Source: an uncultured beta proteobacterium
Lineage (GTDB): Bacteria; Pseudomonadota; Gammaproteobacteria; Burkholderiales; JAEUMW01
Length of the DNA stretch: 64,000 nt
Assembly: GCA_963747225.1 (NCBI GenBank)
Contig: CAVVES010000010.1
Coordinates: forward strand, 11,336-75,335
Direction: 5' to 3'
Shown: one piece after another, positions 37,431 to 47,439 of the stretch
How positions within the stretch are numbered: the first letter of the stretch is position 1
Layout: every line of letters begins with the position of its first letter
Translations under genes and position numbers: made by a program
Notes under the pieces: model-generated
What the model saw: only the letters and a program-made list of their open reading frames with translations
The model's database searches: none
What the model was told of the DNA's origin: nothing

Positions 37431-38510
37431 TCAGACTCCGATACCGTGGCGCGAGAGCGCCCAGGCCACGTGGGTGCGCACGAGCGCCGAGCGATGTTCG
37501 CGCCGCGCCGTCAAAGCCGCGATCACGTCGTGGGCCGTCGGCGCGTTGCCGAGACCGACGGCGAGGTTGCGCAGCCAGCGCTCATAACCAATGCGGCGAA
37601 TGGCGCTGCCTTCGAGCCTTTCCTGAAACTCCGCCTCCGTCCATGCGAAGAGCTCGACCAGCGTCGCTTCGTCGAGGCCGTTGCGCACGGCGAAAGCCTC
37701 CTCCTCCGTGGTGTGCGAGAACCGGTTCCACGGACAGGCGAGCTGGCAATCGTCACACCCGTACACGCGGTTCCCGATCAGCGGCCGCAGCTCCTCCGGT
37801 ATCGCGCCGGGATGCTCGATGGTGAGATACGAGATGCAGCGGCGCGCATCGAGCTGGTACGGAGCCACGATCGCCCGGGTCGGGCAGATCTCGATGCAGC
37901 TCGTACACGTGCCGCAGTGGTCTGATTCGGGAACGTCCACCGGCAACGGCAGATCGGTGAAGAGCTCGCCGAGAAAGAACCAGGAGCCCGCGTCGCGGGA
38001 AAGCAGAAGGGTGTTCTTGCCGCGCCAGCCGAGTCCCGCCCTTGTGGCGAGCTCGACCTCCAGCACCGGCGCGCTGTCGGTAAACGCCCGATAGCGGAAG
38101 TCTCCCACCTCGCGCTCGATACGATCTGCAAGCGCCTGCAGGCGTCGCCGCAGCAGCCGATGATAGTCGCGTCCGAGCGCATAGCGCGCGACGAAGGCGC
38201 GGTTGCCGTCCTCCGTGACTTCGCGCCCGTCCCGCGCCTCGGCGGGGCGGTAATTCATGCGCGCGGAGATCACCCGCACCGTTCCTGGCACCAGCTCGCC
38301 CGGCCGTGCCCGCCGCGCACCGTGCCGTGCCATATAATCCATTTCGCCGTCCCAGCCGCGATCGAGCCATGCGAGGAGGCGCGCCTCGGCCGCGCCGAGG
38401 TCAGTATCCGCGATACCGATCCGCTGGAAGCCGAGCTCGCGGCCCCATGCCTTGATGCGGCGCGCGAGACTTGATGGATTCAATTGCCGAACTGGCGCTG
38501 TGGCCTGCAT
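37431..38510 (-). CDS. queG: tRNA epoxyqueuosine(34) reductase
   Basis: Two 4Fe-4S Cys clusters (CGTCTSCIEICPT ... CDDCQLACPWN) and the overall QueG pattern. Confidence 0.9.
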   Translation of the reverse strand: MQATAPVRQLNPSSLARRIKAWGRELGFQRIGIADTDLGAAEARLLAWLDRGWDGEMDYMARHGARRARPGELVPGTVRVISARMNYRPAEARDGREVTEDGNRAFVARYALGRDYHRLLRRRLQALADRIEREVGDFRYRAFTDSAPVLEVELATRAGLGWRGKNTLLLSRDAGSWFFLGELFTDLPLPVDVPESDHCGTCTSCIEICPTRAIVAPYQLDARRCISYLTIEHPGAIPEELRPLIGNRVYGCDDCQLACPWNRFSHTTEEEAFAVRNGLDEATLVELFAWTEAEFQERLEGSAIRRIGYERWLRNLAVGLGNAPTAHDVIAALTARREHRSALVRTHVAWALSRHGIGV

Positions 38511-38534
38511 GTCGTCGATGTTAATCCCGTTGCC

Positions 38535-39017
38535 ATGCTGTTGACACGCTTCCTTCCCGACGAAGCCGCCACCCTAGCGCTGGGCGCCGCTCTGGCGTCC
38601 TGCCTCGAACCCGGCCTCGTTATCCACCTGCGGGGTGACCTTGGTGCAGGCAAGACCACGCTCGTGCGCGGATGTCTGTGGGGCCTCGATTTTCACGAAA
38701 AAGTGAAGTCCCCGACCTTCGCGCTGGTTGAACTTTACAACCTTTCTAGATTAGACTTATATCACTTTGATTTTTATCGGCTCAAATCGGCCGCAGAATG
38801 GGAAGCAAGTGGCTTCCGCGAGTATTTCAACGGTGCAAGCGTCTGCTTCGTGGAATGGGCGGAGAAGGCCGGCGCGCGGCTGCCTGCGCCCGACCTCGAC
38901 ATCCGTTTCACGGTCGAAGACAACGGGCGCACCGTCGCGATCGATGCGCATACGCAGCGGGGTGTCCGTTGCCTGAAGGAATGGCGCGATTCTCTCGAAG
39001 GCTCGCCCGGTGGGTGA
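38535..39017 (+). CDS. tsaE: tRNA t6A37 biosynthesis protein TsaE
   Basis: GDLGAGKTTLVRG P-loop; ...VKSPTFALVELY...LYHFDFYRL... Confidence 0.85.
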   Translation: MLLTRFLPDEAATLALGAALASCLEPGLVIHLRGDLGAGKTTLVRGCLWGLDFHEKVKSPTFALVELYNLSRLDLYHFDFYRLKSAAEWEASGFREYFNGASVCFVEWAEKAGARLPAPDLDIRFTVEDNGRTVAIDAHTQRGVRCLKEWRDSLEGSPGG

Positions 39018-40397
39018 CGCGTGCACCACCGCTTCTCGCCATCGTGGTGAGGTTCGGGCTTGTTGTCGCCCTGCTCGCTGCCTGCCTGTTCCCCGGTCTT
39101 GCAGCCCTCGCCCAGGACGTCAAGGTCACCGCAGCGCGTATCTGGCCCGCACCCGATTACACGCGGATCACGATCGAGTCTGCCGCGCCCCTCAAGTACA
39201 ACCTGATCTACGTGCCGAATCCGGATCGACTGGTGCTCGACCTCGAAGGCGTAGCCGGCGGCGCCGAACTCGAAGCGCTCGCCGCGAAGATCTCGGTGGC
39301 GGACCCGTACATCAACGCGATACGTGTGGGCCGCTTCAAACCCGGCGTCCTGCGCGTGGTGCTCGACCTCAAGACGGAAGCCGCGCCGCAGGTGTTCACC
39401 CTGCGTCCGATCGCCGCTTACAGTCACCGCCTCGTGCTCGATGTCTATCCCGTCAATGCGCCCGATCCGCTGATGGCGCTGGTTGCGCGCAGCGAGCGCG
39501 CGCAGGAGACGACGCCGCGCGTGCCGACACCGGCAGAACCCGAGACACCCGCCACCGTCCCGAACCTGGTGCTCAAGTCCCACGAGGAAGCGATAAAGGA
39601 AGAGCGCGATCGCAAGGAAAAGCCCGTCGCCGCAGCGAAAAAAGGACGCACCGAACCCCTCCGCTCGGTGCTCATCGCCATCGACGCCGGGCACGGCGGT
39701 GAGGACCCGGGCGCGAGGGGCCGCAACGGAACCTACGAGAAGGACATCACGCTGGCAATCGCGCGCAGGCTGAAAGCGCGGCTGGACGACGAACCGGGCA
39801 TGCGCGGCGTGCTCATCCGCGACGGTGACTACTTCATTCCACTGCAGACGCGCGTACACAAGGCGCGGAAGGTGCAGGCAGACCTCTTCGTGTCGATCCA
39901 CGCCGACGCCTTCATCGAGCCCCGCGCACGCGGGTCGTCGGTGTTCGCGCTGTCCGAGCGCGGCGCGACGTTCGGTTGCCGCGAACTGGCTCGCGAAGCG
40001 CGAGAACGAGGCGGATCTGATCGGCGGCGTGAACATCGACGTTCCCGACTACTACCTCAAGAAAACGCTGCTCGACCTGCAGCAGACCGCGACCAACAAC
40101 GACAGCCTAAAGCTCGCGCGCAACGTGCTGTCCGAGCTGGGGGAGATCAACACGCTGCACAAAACAGAAGTGGAACAGGCCGGCTTCGCAGTGCTCAAGG
40201 CGCCGGACATCCCCTCGATCCTGGTCGAGACCGCGTTCATCACCAACCCTGAAGAAGAAAAGCAGCTGCGCTCGAATGAATATCAAAACAGGATGGCCGA
40301 CGCGGTGATTGCAGGCATCAAGCGCTACTTCGCGAAGAATCCGCCGCTCGCGCGCACGCCGCGCATGGCGGAGAACCGCATCGGAGTCAGCCGCTAA
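38981..40397 (+). pseudogene. N-acetylmuramoyl-L-alanine amidase (AMIN domain + Amidase_3; AmiB/AmiC-type), interrupted by one apparent 1-nt insertion
   Basis: RR-containing signal region; AMIN domain (VTAARIWPAPDYTRITIES...LVLDL...RVVLDL). Catalytic IAIDAGHGGEDPGA...VSIHADA...SSVFALSERGAT then continues in another frame (SVAANWLAKRENEADL...SILVETAFITNPEEE...). The frame change is near 39969-39974. Confidence 0.8.
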
Positions 40398-40520
40398 GCG
40401 GTCGGCGCGGCAATCGCGCCGATTGCGGTAACATTGCTGTCACGTTACCCGACGGCGTCAGTGGAACTTCGTATCCGCAGCGCGGTCTTCGATGTCCGTT
40501 TCATCCCGAGGAAGAGCTGA

Positions 40521-40979
40521 ATGATTTCGCTGAAGGTCAACGGCAAGGCGTACCGTATCGACCCGCCGTCCGACACGCCGTTGCTCTGGGTGTTGCGCGA
40601 ATCCCTCGGGTTGACCGGTACGAAATTCGGCTGCGGCATGGCATTGTGCGGGGCATGCACGGTGCACGTGGACGGCGAGCCGACCCGCTCCTGCGTCACC
40701 CCCGTCGCGGCCGTCGCCGGCAAGAACATTATCACCATCGAGGGCCTGTCCAAATCCGGTGAACATCCCGTCCAGCAAGCCTGGATAGAGCTCGACGTGG
40801 TCCAGTGCGGCTACTGCCAATCGGGGCAGATCATGACCGCCGCGGCGCTGCTCGCAAAGAACCCGCATCCGACCGAGGCACAGATCAACGACGCCATGAG
40901 CGGAATTCTCTGCCGCTGCGGCACCTATCAGCGCATTCGCACGGCCATCAAGCGAGCCGCCGGCACGCCGGAGGTCTGA
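40521..40979 (+). CDS. (2Fe-2S)-binding small subunit of an IorAB-type molybdopterin oxidoreductase/aldehyde dehydrogenase
   Basis: 152 aa; [14 protein letters not shown]... and ...[11 protein letters not shown]... cluster motifs. Confidence 0.9.
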   Translation: MISLKVNGKAYRIDPPSDTPLLWVLRESLGLTGTKFGCGMALCGACTVHVDGEPTRSCVTPVAAVAGKNIITIEGLSKSGEHPVQQAWIELDVVQCGYCQSGQIMTAAALLAKNPHPTEAQINDAMSGILCRCGTYQRIRTAIKRAAGTPEV

Positions 40980-40980
40980 C

Positions 40981-43155
40981 GTGGCAAGGAAACCGGATTC
41001 GTCCCGGCGCAACTTCCTCAAGGCGTCCGCCGCGGGGGGCGCGCTGCTGATCGGATTCCATCTGCCCACCGGTGTGCGCAGGGCCGTGGCGGCGGCGAAG
41101 CAGACTCAGCCGTTTGCGCCGAACGCGTTCATCCGCATCGGCGCCGATGAAACCGTGACCATCCTCTGCAACAAATCGGAGATGGGCCAGGGGGTCTTCA
41201 CCGCGCTCCCCATGATCGCAGCCGACGAACTTGACGCGGAGTGGGGTCGGGTCCGTGTCGAAGCCGCACCCGCCGCTCCGCCCTACTTCCACACGGCGTT
41301 CGGTATCCAGGTCACGGGCGGGAGCACCAGCGTTCCGAGTTCCTTCGAACAGCTCCGCAGGGCGGGCGCCACCGCACGCGCGATGCTCATCGCCGCCGCT
41401 GCGGAGACCTGGAAGGTGGACCCGATGAGCTGCCGCGCGGATCACGGCTATGTGATCCACGGTCCGACGGAACGGCGCCTCTCGTTCGGTCAGCTTGCCG
41501 CGAAGGCAGCCACGCTGCCGGTGCCCGCCGACGTGAAGCTCAAGAGCCCGAAGGACTTCACGCTGATCGGGCGCCCGGTGCACCGGATCGACAGCCGGGC
41601 AAAGGTCACCGGCCAGGCTCAGTACGGCATCGATGCGAAGGTTCCCGGCATGCTCGTCGCCGTCATTGCGCGGCCGCCCGTGTTCGGCGGCACGGTCAGA
41701 AGCATCGACGCGGAAAAGGCGAAAGCCATTCCGGGCGTGAAGCAGATCGTTGAGATCGATACCGGCGTCGGCGTGCTCGCCGACGGGTTTTGGGCGGCAA
41801 AGCTCGGCCGCGACGCGCTGCAGATCACTTGGGACGACGGACCGCTCGCCACCCTCGACACGCAGACCCAGGGCCGCGAGTACGCGGAACTCGCGAAGCC
41901 GGAGGGCTCGGCCGCCGCCGTCGCCGCCTCCCGGGGCGACGTCGCTGCGGCGATGGAGCAGGCGAAGCGCAAACTCGAGGCCGTATACGAAACGCCCTAC
42001 CTCGCCCACGCGACGATGGAGCCCCTCAATTGTCTCGCTCACGTGAGGCCCGATGGAGTCGAGATCTGGACCGGCACCCAGATGCAGACGACCGACCAGG
42101 CCGCCGCGGCGCAGATCGCGGGCGTGAAACCCGAGCAGGTCGTGATCCACACCATGTTCCTCGGCGGCGGCTTCGGCCGCCGTGCAAACCCCGCCGCGGA
42201 CTTCGTGAAGGAAGCGGTGAAGCTCTCGAAGGCGGCGGGCGTGCCGGTGAAGGTAATCTGGACGCGCGAAGACGACATGCGCGGAGGCTACTACCGCCCG
42301 CGCACCTACAGCGTGATCCGCGCCGGTCTAGACGCCAACGGCATAGTGGTCGCGTGGCAGCACCGGATCGTCGGTCAGTCCATCATCAAGGGCACGCCGT
42401 TCGAGCCCGCGCTGATGAAGGCCGAGGTCGACATGACCCAGGTCGAAGGCTCCGCGGACATGCACTACCACGTTCCCAATTTTCTCGTGGAGTACAAGGC
42501 CGCGCCGGGGGGCGTCCCCGTGCTCTGGTGGCGGTCCGTTGGACACAGCTTCACCGCCTTCGTGAAGGAATGCTTCATCGACGAATGCGCTGCGGCAGCG
42601 AAGCAGGACCCGGTCGTGTACCGCCGTCTCCTCCTCATCAACCACCAGCGGGTGCGCGGAGTCATGGATCTCGCTGCCGAACGCGCCGGCTGGGGCCGCC
42701 CTCTTCCGGAAGGGCACGGCATGGGCGTCGCCGTCCACGAATCCTTCGGCACCCTGGTCGCGCAGATCGCCGAGGTTTCGGTCACGAAGGAGGGCGCGAT
42801 CACGGTCCATCGCGTCGTATGCGCGGTGGACTGCGGTCTCGTGGTGAATCCGGACACGGTGCGCGCCCAGATGGAATCGGGCATCGTGTTCGGTTTGTCG
42901 GCGGCTCTCTACGGTGAGATCACCTTCAAGGATGGTCGCGTCGAACAGGGTAACTTCAACACGTATCCGATCCTGCGGATGGACGCAATGCCGAGGATCG
43001 AGGTGTACCTCGTCGAGAGCAATGCGCCGATGGGCGGGATCGGCGAGCCCGGCACTCCGCCGATCGCACCTGCGGTGGCGAACGCCATCTTCGCCGCGAC
43101 GGGAAAGCGGATTCGCAAGCTGCCCATCGATGCGAACGAGCTCAAGGCGCAATGA
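40981..43155 (+). CDS. Molybdopterin-binding large subunit (IorB/aldehyde-oxidase family), Tat-exported
   Basis: Twin-arginine signal SRRNFLKASAAGGALLI. 724 aa with an xanthine-dehydrogenase-family Moco-domain pattern. GTG start 1 nt after the small-subunit stop. Confidence 0.9.
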   Translation: MARKPDSSRRNFLKASAAGGALLIGFHLPTGVRRAVAAAKQTQPFAPNAFIRIGADETVTILCNKSEMGQGVFTALPMIAADELDAEWGRVRVEAAPAAPPYFHTAFGIQVTGGSTSVPSSFEQLRRAGATARAMLIAAAAETWKVDPMSCRADHGYVIHGPTERRLSFGQLAAKAATLPVPADVKLKSPKDFTLIGRPVHRIDSRAKVTGQAQYGIDAKVPGMLVAVIARPPVFGGTVRSIDAEKAKAIPGVKQIVEIDTGVGVLADGFWAAKLGRDALQITWDDGPLATLDTQTQGREYAELAKPEGSAAAVAASRGDVAAAMEQAKRKLEAVYETPYLAHATMEPLNCLAHVRPDGVEIWTGTQMQTTDQAAAAQIAGVKPEQVVIHTMFLGGGFGRRANPAADFVKEAVKLSKAAGVPVKVIWTREDDMRGGYYRPRTYSVIRAGLDANGIVVAWQHRIVGQSIIKGTPFEPALMKAEVDMTQVEGSADMHYHVPNFLVEYKAAPGGVPVLWWRSVGHSFTAFVKECFIDECAAAAKQDPVVYRRLLLINHQRVRGVMDLAAERAGWGRPLPEGHGMGVAVHESFGTLVAQIAEVSVTKEGAITVHRVVCAVDCGLVVNPDTVRAQMESGIVFGLSAALYGEITFKDGRVEQGNFNTYPILRMDAMPRIEVYLVESNAPMGGIGEPGTPPIAPAVANAIFAATGKRIRKLPIDANELKAQ

Positions 43156-43443
43156 CGTGAGGAGTGTTCGTGGTTTCGCTCTGCCCGCGCAGGCTGTGCA
43201 GCCTGACCGGGGCGAGCGTCGGTTCGCACACCAGCGCGCCATTCTGTCGGCGCCGCTCGCGTCGGTCGCGAAACTTCTCCCTCACCCGCGCGAGCGCTCT
43301 GCCGTTTTCGTCCGGGAACGTGCGCTGATGCCGGCTGCGCCGCTTTTCGAAGACGCGAACTTCCTGGCGCGCCTCTATGGTCCGCGCTGGTGTCTCCTGC
43401 GCGGATTCCTGCCGCCCGCGAGCGTCCCGCAGCGCGTCGGTCC

Positions 43444-44052
43444 GTGATTGGCGCTGTGCTGCTCGCCGCGGGGTCGAGCCGCCGCTTTTCCAGCGACAAG
43501 CTGCTCGCCCCCCTCTCCGACGGCACCCTCGTCGCCGTCGCCAGCGCGACCACTCTGCTCTCCGCATCCCTGAACGTCGTGGCCGTCGTGCGGTCCGGGG
43601 CGGATCGGCTTTCCGAAGCGCTGCGCACCTGCGGTGCTGAAGTCGTGTGCTGCCCGAATGCCGACGAAGGCATGGGAGCCAGTCTCGCGTGGGGTGTCGC
43701 CAAGGCGAATGGCTGGAGTGGCTGGGTCGTCGCGCTCGCGGACATGCCGTTCCTGTCCGAGCGCACGGTGCGCACCGTGGTCGAAGCAGTCACGCGTGGC
43801 GCTTCCCTTGCCGCTCCACGCTATCGCGGTGAGCGCGGTCACCCGGTCTGCTTCGGCGCGGAATTTCGTGACGCACTCATCGCGCTGAGCGGCGATCGCG
43901 GCGGACGCGACCTCGTGCTGGCTGCCGGCGACAGCCTGCAATCCATCGACTGCGACGATCCAGGCGTGCTCGCCGACATCGATCAGCCGTGCGACCTCGA
44001 ACGTTACAGCGCCTGGTTCGGAACCCGCGCCCGCGCGCAGCGTTCCAACTGA
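43444..44052 (+). CDS. MocA-like molybdenum cofactor cytidylyltransferase (NTP_transf_3)
   Basis: VIGAVLLAAGSSRRF...DKLL...MGASLA...VALADMPF... Confidence 0.75.
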   Translation: MIGAVLLAAGSSRRFSSDKLLAPLSDGTLVAVASATTLLSASLNVVAVVRSGADRLSEALRTCGAEVVCCPNADEGMGASLAWGVAKANGWSGWVVALADMPFLSERTVRTVVEAVTRGASLAAPRYRGERGHPVCFGAEFRDALIALSGDRGGRDLVLAAGDSLQSIDCDDPGVLADIDQPCDLERYSAWFGTRARAQRSN

Positions 44053-44078
44053 CGCTCGTAGCATTGCCGGGATCCGCC

Positions 44079-44837
44079 ATGAAGCACCTTATGTTCGTCG
44101 CCGCACTCCTCGTCGCCTGCCCGTCTGCGTTCGCCGCATCCGATTTCCTCACGGGCCTGCAGGCATACCGCAGCGGCAGCTACGCGGCTGCGCTGACAGC
44201 GCTCACGGCGTCCGCCGAGCGCGGTGATCCGCGCGCGGCACAATTGCTCGCGGACATGTACGCCGGTGGCCGCGGTGTCGCGCCGAATCCGGGTATCGCG
44301 TTCCAGTGGCGGCAGCGGGCTGCTTTACTGGGCGATCCGGGCGCTCAGTTCGCGGTTGGCATGCAGTATCTGAATGGCGATGGCGTACCCAGAGCCCCGC
44401 AGGAGGCCGCGCTCTGGCTCGAGAAGGCAGCGCTCCGAAATCACCCCAACGCGCAGTTCGAGCTGGGCCTGCTGTACCTGGACGGCGATGGTGTCGCGCA
44501 GGACTCCGCTCGCGGGGTCGCCTGGATTCGCGAGGCCGCCGATCAGGGCTTGTTCGATGCGCAGCAGGCGCTCGCCGAAGTCTATCGAAAAGGAGCCCAG
44601 GGCCTGCCGCAGAACGCGGCGGCTGCCGCCCACTGGGCAAGCCTTGCGCAGCAGAACCAGCAAGCAGGCCAGCAGATCAACCAGCTGATCGTCCAGCAGC
44701 AGAATGCGATCGCCATCGCACGCAGCACGGTTTCCGCGCCGGTCCCGTATCCCTGGGTCTACCCGGCGTGGGGTTTCGGCTGGAATCGCTACGGCGGCTG
44801 GAACTACGGGGTCGGCGTCGGCGGTATCTGGTGGTAG
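44079..44837 (+). CDS. Sel1-repeat (TPR-like) secreted protein with aromatic/Gly-rich C-terminal tail
   Basis: Signal peptide. Repeated ...A..WL.KAA..G...AQF.LG..Y..G.GV..D... units. The tail is PYPWVYPAWGFGWNRYGGWNYGVGVGGIWW. Confidence 0.8.
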   Translation: MKHLMFVAALLVACPSAFAASDFLTGLQAYRSGSYAAALTALTASAERGDPRAAQLLADMYAGGRGVAPNPGIAFQWRQRAALLGDPGAQFAVGMQYLNGDGVPRAPQEAALWLEKAALRNHPNAQFELGLLYLDGDGVAQDSARGVAWIREAADQGLFDAQQALAEVYRKGAQGLPQNAAAAAHWASLAQQNQQAGQQINQLIVQQQNAIAIARSTVSAPVPYPWVYPAWGFGWNRYGGWNYGVGVGGIWW

Positions 44838-45022
44838 ATCACACCGCACGCACGTCCCGTCCCATCGCTCTCCCTTCGATCCGCGCCGGGCTTTAGGACC
44901 CGCGCGCATTGCCGGTCCTCTAGCGCGCGACTCCATGCGCGCCATCTAGGTATCCGCAGCCATCGGAGCTAAGATGGAGGAAAATCGCCATCCGGCCCCA
45001 ACCCAGCGGTAGAGGAGCGACC

Positions 45023-45703
45023 ATGACCGAAACCACCCCTCAGGATCCGTCGCGAGAGGACATCCGACAGGCCGCGAGCGAAACGATGCGCGCAGGCGTG
45101 GACATCCACGACCGGGTCCGCGATATCACGCTGCTCGCATTGCAGAATCATCGTTTCGATCGACGCGGCATCCGCGACGTGGTGCGCGGTGTGACGGAAG
45201 GGGTGGCGCTGGGTGCGGAGGGCAGCCGTGCCGACATGAAGGACGCCCTCTCCGAAGCGCTGCGCGGAATCGATCAGGCGCTGGTCAAGTCGGCGCAGGC
45301 GGGTGCGGATGCGCTCAAGCAACTCGCCACCACGAGCAAGGATTTTTCCGAAAGCGAGCTCAAGCAGTCGCTCGCGAATCTGAAGCGGCTGGAAGACGAT
45401 TTTCTCTCCACCGTCGGCCAGGTTGCGGAAGCGGCGAGCGAACGGGTCCGCCCCGAACTGCGGGAACTCATCACCAGGACCCAGCGCAGCGGCACCGAAA
45501 CGGGCAAACAGCTCGCGACCGTCATGACCGAGTTCGCCCATCGCTTCTCGGTCGCGTCGATCGACACCACGATTGCCGGATTCGAAGCAGCGGGTGAATT
45601 CGGCACACGCTTCGCGATGCTTGCAAGCGGCATTCTCTCGGGCCTCGCCGACGCGCTGCGCGAACGCAAGCCCGATCCGCAGGACCCGCAGCAGGCAGGC
45701 TGA
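45023..45703 (+). CDS. Helical hypothetical protein, translationally coupled to the ABC1/UbiB-family kinase
   Basis: GAGGAG SD. 226 aa, Ala/Glu/Arg-rich helical. The stop overlaps the next start (TGATG). Confidence 0.6.
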   Translation: MTETTPQDPSREDIRQAASETMRAGVDIHDRVRDITLLALQNHRFDRRGIRDVVRGVTEGVALGAEGSRADMKDALSEALRGIDQALVKSAQAGADALKQLATTSKDFSESELKQSLANLKRLEDDFLSTVGQVAEAASERVRPELRELITRTQRSGTETGKQLATVMTEFAHRFSVASIDTTIAGFEAAGEFGTRFAMLASGILSGLADALRERKPDPQDPQQAG

Positions 45704-47391
45704 TGCTGCGGGAAACCATCGGTGTCATGCGCGATCTGCCGCGCCTGCACGAGATCACGTCTGTCCTCATTCGCCACGGTCTGGGCGACATCGTCCGGCG
45801 CATCGGCATCGCGAGCGCGCTCGAGCGCGCCGGGCAGATCCTGCACTGGGGCACGATCGGCGAGAGCGTGCGCCTCGAGCCGGCGCAGCGGTTGCGCCTC
45901 GCGCTCGAGGAGCTCGGCCCGACCTTCATCAAGCTCGGCCAAGTCATGGCCACCCGGGTCGACCTCTTCCCTCCCGATTGGATCGCCGAATTCGAGAAGC
46001 TGCACAGCGAAGTGCCACCCGTTCCGTTCGATGAGCTGCTGCCCGATCTCGAGCGTGCGCTCGGCCGCTCGCCCTTCGAGGTGTTCAGCGAGCTCGATAC
46101 CCGGGCATACGGCGCCGCGTCGATTGCACAGGTGCATCGCGCGCGTCTGCCGGATGGAGCGTCGGTCGTCCTCAAGATCCGTCGTCCCGGCATCCGGACG
46201 AAAATCGCCGCGGACCTGCGTATCCTCGCGCAGCTCGCGGAACTGATCGAGTCGGAGATTCCCGAAGCGCGGCGCTATCAGCCTACGCAGATCGCTGCGC
46301 AGTTCGCGCGCTCCCTCGAGCGGGAGCTCGATCTCGCGCTCGAGGCGCGCAACATCGAGCACTTCGCGCGCAACTTCGCAGACGATCCGTACATCATGAT
46401 TCCGAAGGTCTACCAGGCGTGGACGAGCGAGATCATGAACGTGCAGGAGCACATCGACGGCATACCGGGAACCGACCTCGCCAAGGTCGAAGCGACTGGC
46501 CTCGATCGCAAGCTGCTCGCCGCGCGCGGCGCCGAGACGGTGCTGCGGATGATCCTGCTCGATGGCTTCTTCCACGCCGATCCGCACCCGGGCAACGTGT
46601 TCTACCTGCCTGGCAACCGGATCGTGATGATCGACTTCGGCATGGTCGGACGCTTGAGCCCAACGCGCCGCAATCAGGTGATCGATCTCCTCGCCGGGCT
46701 TGCCCAGATGGACGAGGACGCGATGATCGAGGTGCTGCTCGACTGGGCGGGCGATGCGTACGTGGACGAGCAGAAGCTCGCCTCCGACGTGAACGAGCTG
46801 GTCTACGATTACGAGTCCGTGCCGCTGAAGGATATCCGCATCGCGGTGCTCCTGCGGCAGTTCGCGGCGATCATCCGCGAACACTCGATCGTGCTGCCGC
46901 CCGATCTCACGCTGATGTTCAAGGCGCTCATCACGATGGAGGGTCTCGGACGTCAGTACGATCCCGGATTCCACATCGTCGACCACCTCACGCCACTCCT
47001 GCACCAGGCACTGCGCGGGCGATACCAGCCGACGGCGGTGATCAAGCGCGGGCGCAGCGCACTGACCGGCGTTCTCAACGTGCTTGGCAGCGTGCCGCGC
47101 GACCTCGCCCGGCTTCTGCGCGAGGCGCGACGCGGCAAGACGAGGATCGATCTCGACCTCAAGCGGCTCGACGACTTCGGCCGCCAGCTTGACCGCACCA
47201 TCGACCGCGCCACCATGGGCATCATGACCGCGTCCCTCGTGATCGGCTCCGCCATCATCATGCACATCCCCGGCGGACCTTCAGTGCTGGGCGTGTCGAT
47301 CCTGACGTGGTTCGGGCTGACCGGTTACGTGGTCGCGTTTCTCAACAGCATCTGGATCATCATCGGTATCTGGCGCGCCGGCAAGGTCTGA
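45703..47391 (+). CDS. ABC1/AarF/UbiB-family atypical kinase with C-terminal TM helices
   Basis: ...LGPTFIKLGQVMATRVDLFP...AASIAQVHRA...HADPHPGN...IDFGMVG... Confidence 0.9.
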   Translation: MLRETIGVMRDLPRLHEITSVLIRHGLGDIVRRIGIASALERAGQILHWGTIGESVRLEPAQRLRLALEELGPTFIKLGQVMATRVDLFPPDWIAEFEKLHSEVPPVPFDELLPDLERALGRSPFEVFSELDTRAYGAASIAQVHRARLPDGASVVLKIRRPGIRTKIAADLRILAQLAELIESEIPEARRYQPTQIAAQFARSLERELDLALEARNIEHFARNFADDPYIMIPKVYQAWTSEIMNVQEHIDGIPGTDLAKVEATGLDRKLLAARGAETVLRMILLDGFFHADPHPGNVFYLPGNRIVMIDFGMVGRLSPTRRNQVIDLLAGLAQMDEDAMIEVLLDWAGDAYVDEQKLASDVNELVYDYESVPLKDIRIAVLLRQFAAIIREHSIVLPPDLTLMFKALITMEGLGRQYDPGFHIVDHLTPLLHQALRGRYQPTAVIKRGRSALTGVLNVLGSVPRDLARLLREARRGKTRIDLDLKRLDDFGRQLDRTIDRATMGIMTASLVIGSAIIMHIPGGPSVLGVSILTWFGLTGYVVAFLNSIWIIIGIWRAGKV

Positions 47392-47439
47392 GGCAGGCAG
47401 CGGCGGAGCGATGCCGCCGCCACGTCTGGACTACCCCAA

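Noticed and set aside
38774-40036. 420-aa minus-strand ORF over tsaE and the amidase gene
   Set aside because: Shadow ORF; the plus strand carries unmistakable TsaE and AMIN/Amidase_3 motifs.
40403-40421. Short hairpin CGGCGCG-GCAAT-CGCGCCG after the amidase gene as a terminator
   Set aside because: The stem is only 7 bp and there is no U-tract. It is plausible but not supportable.
43142-43567. 141-aa minus-strand ORF spanning the iorB-mocA gap
   Set aside because: Its only start lies inside mocA in antisense, the N-terminal half is Arg/Gly junk, and it is embedded in a plus-strand operon.
45274-47265. 663-aa minus-strand ORF over the ABC1/UbiB kinase gene
   Set aside because: Shadow ORF with Arg/Asp/Glu-rich low-complexity composition.
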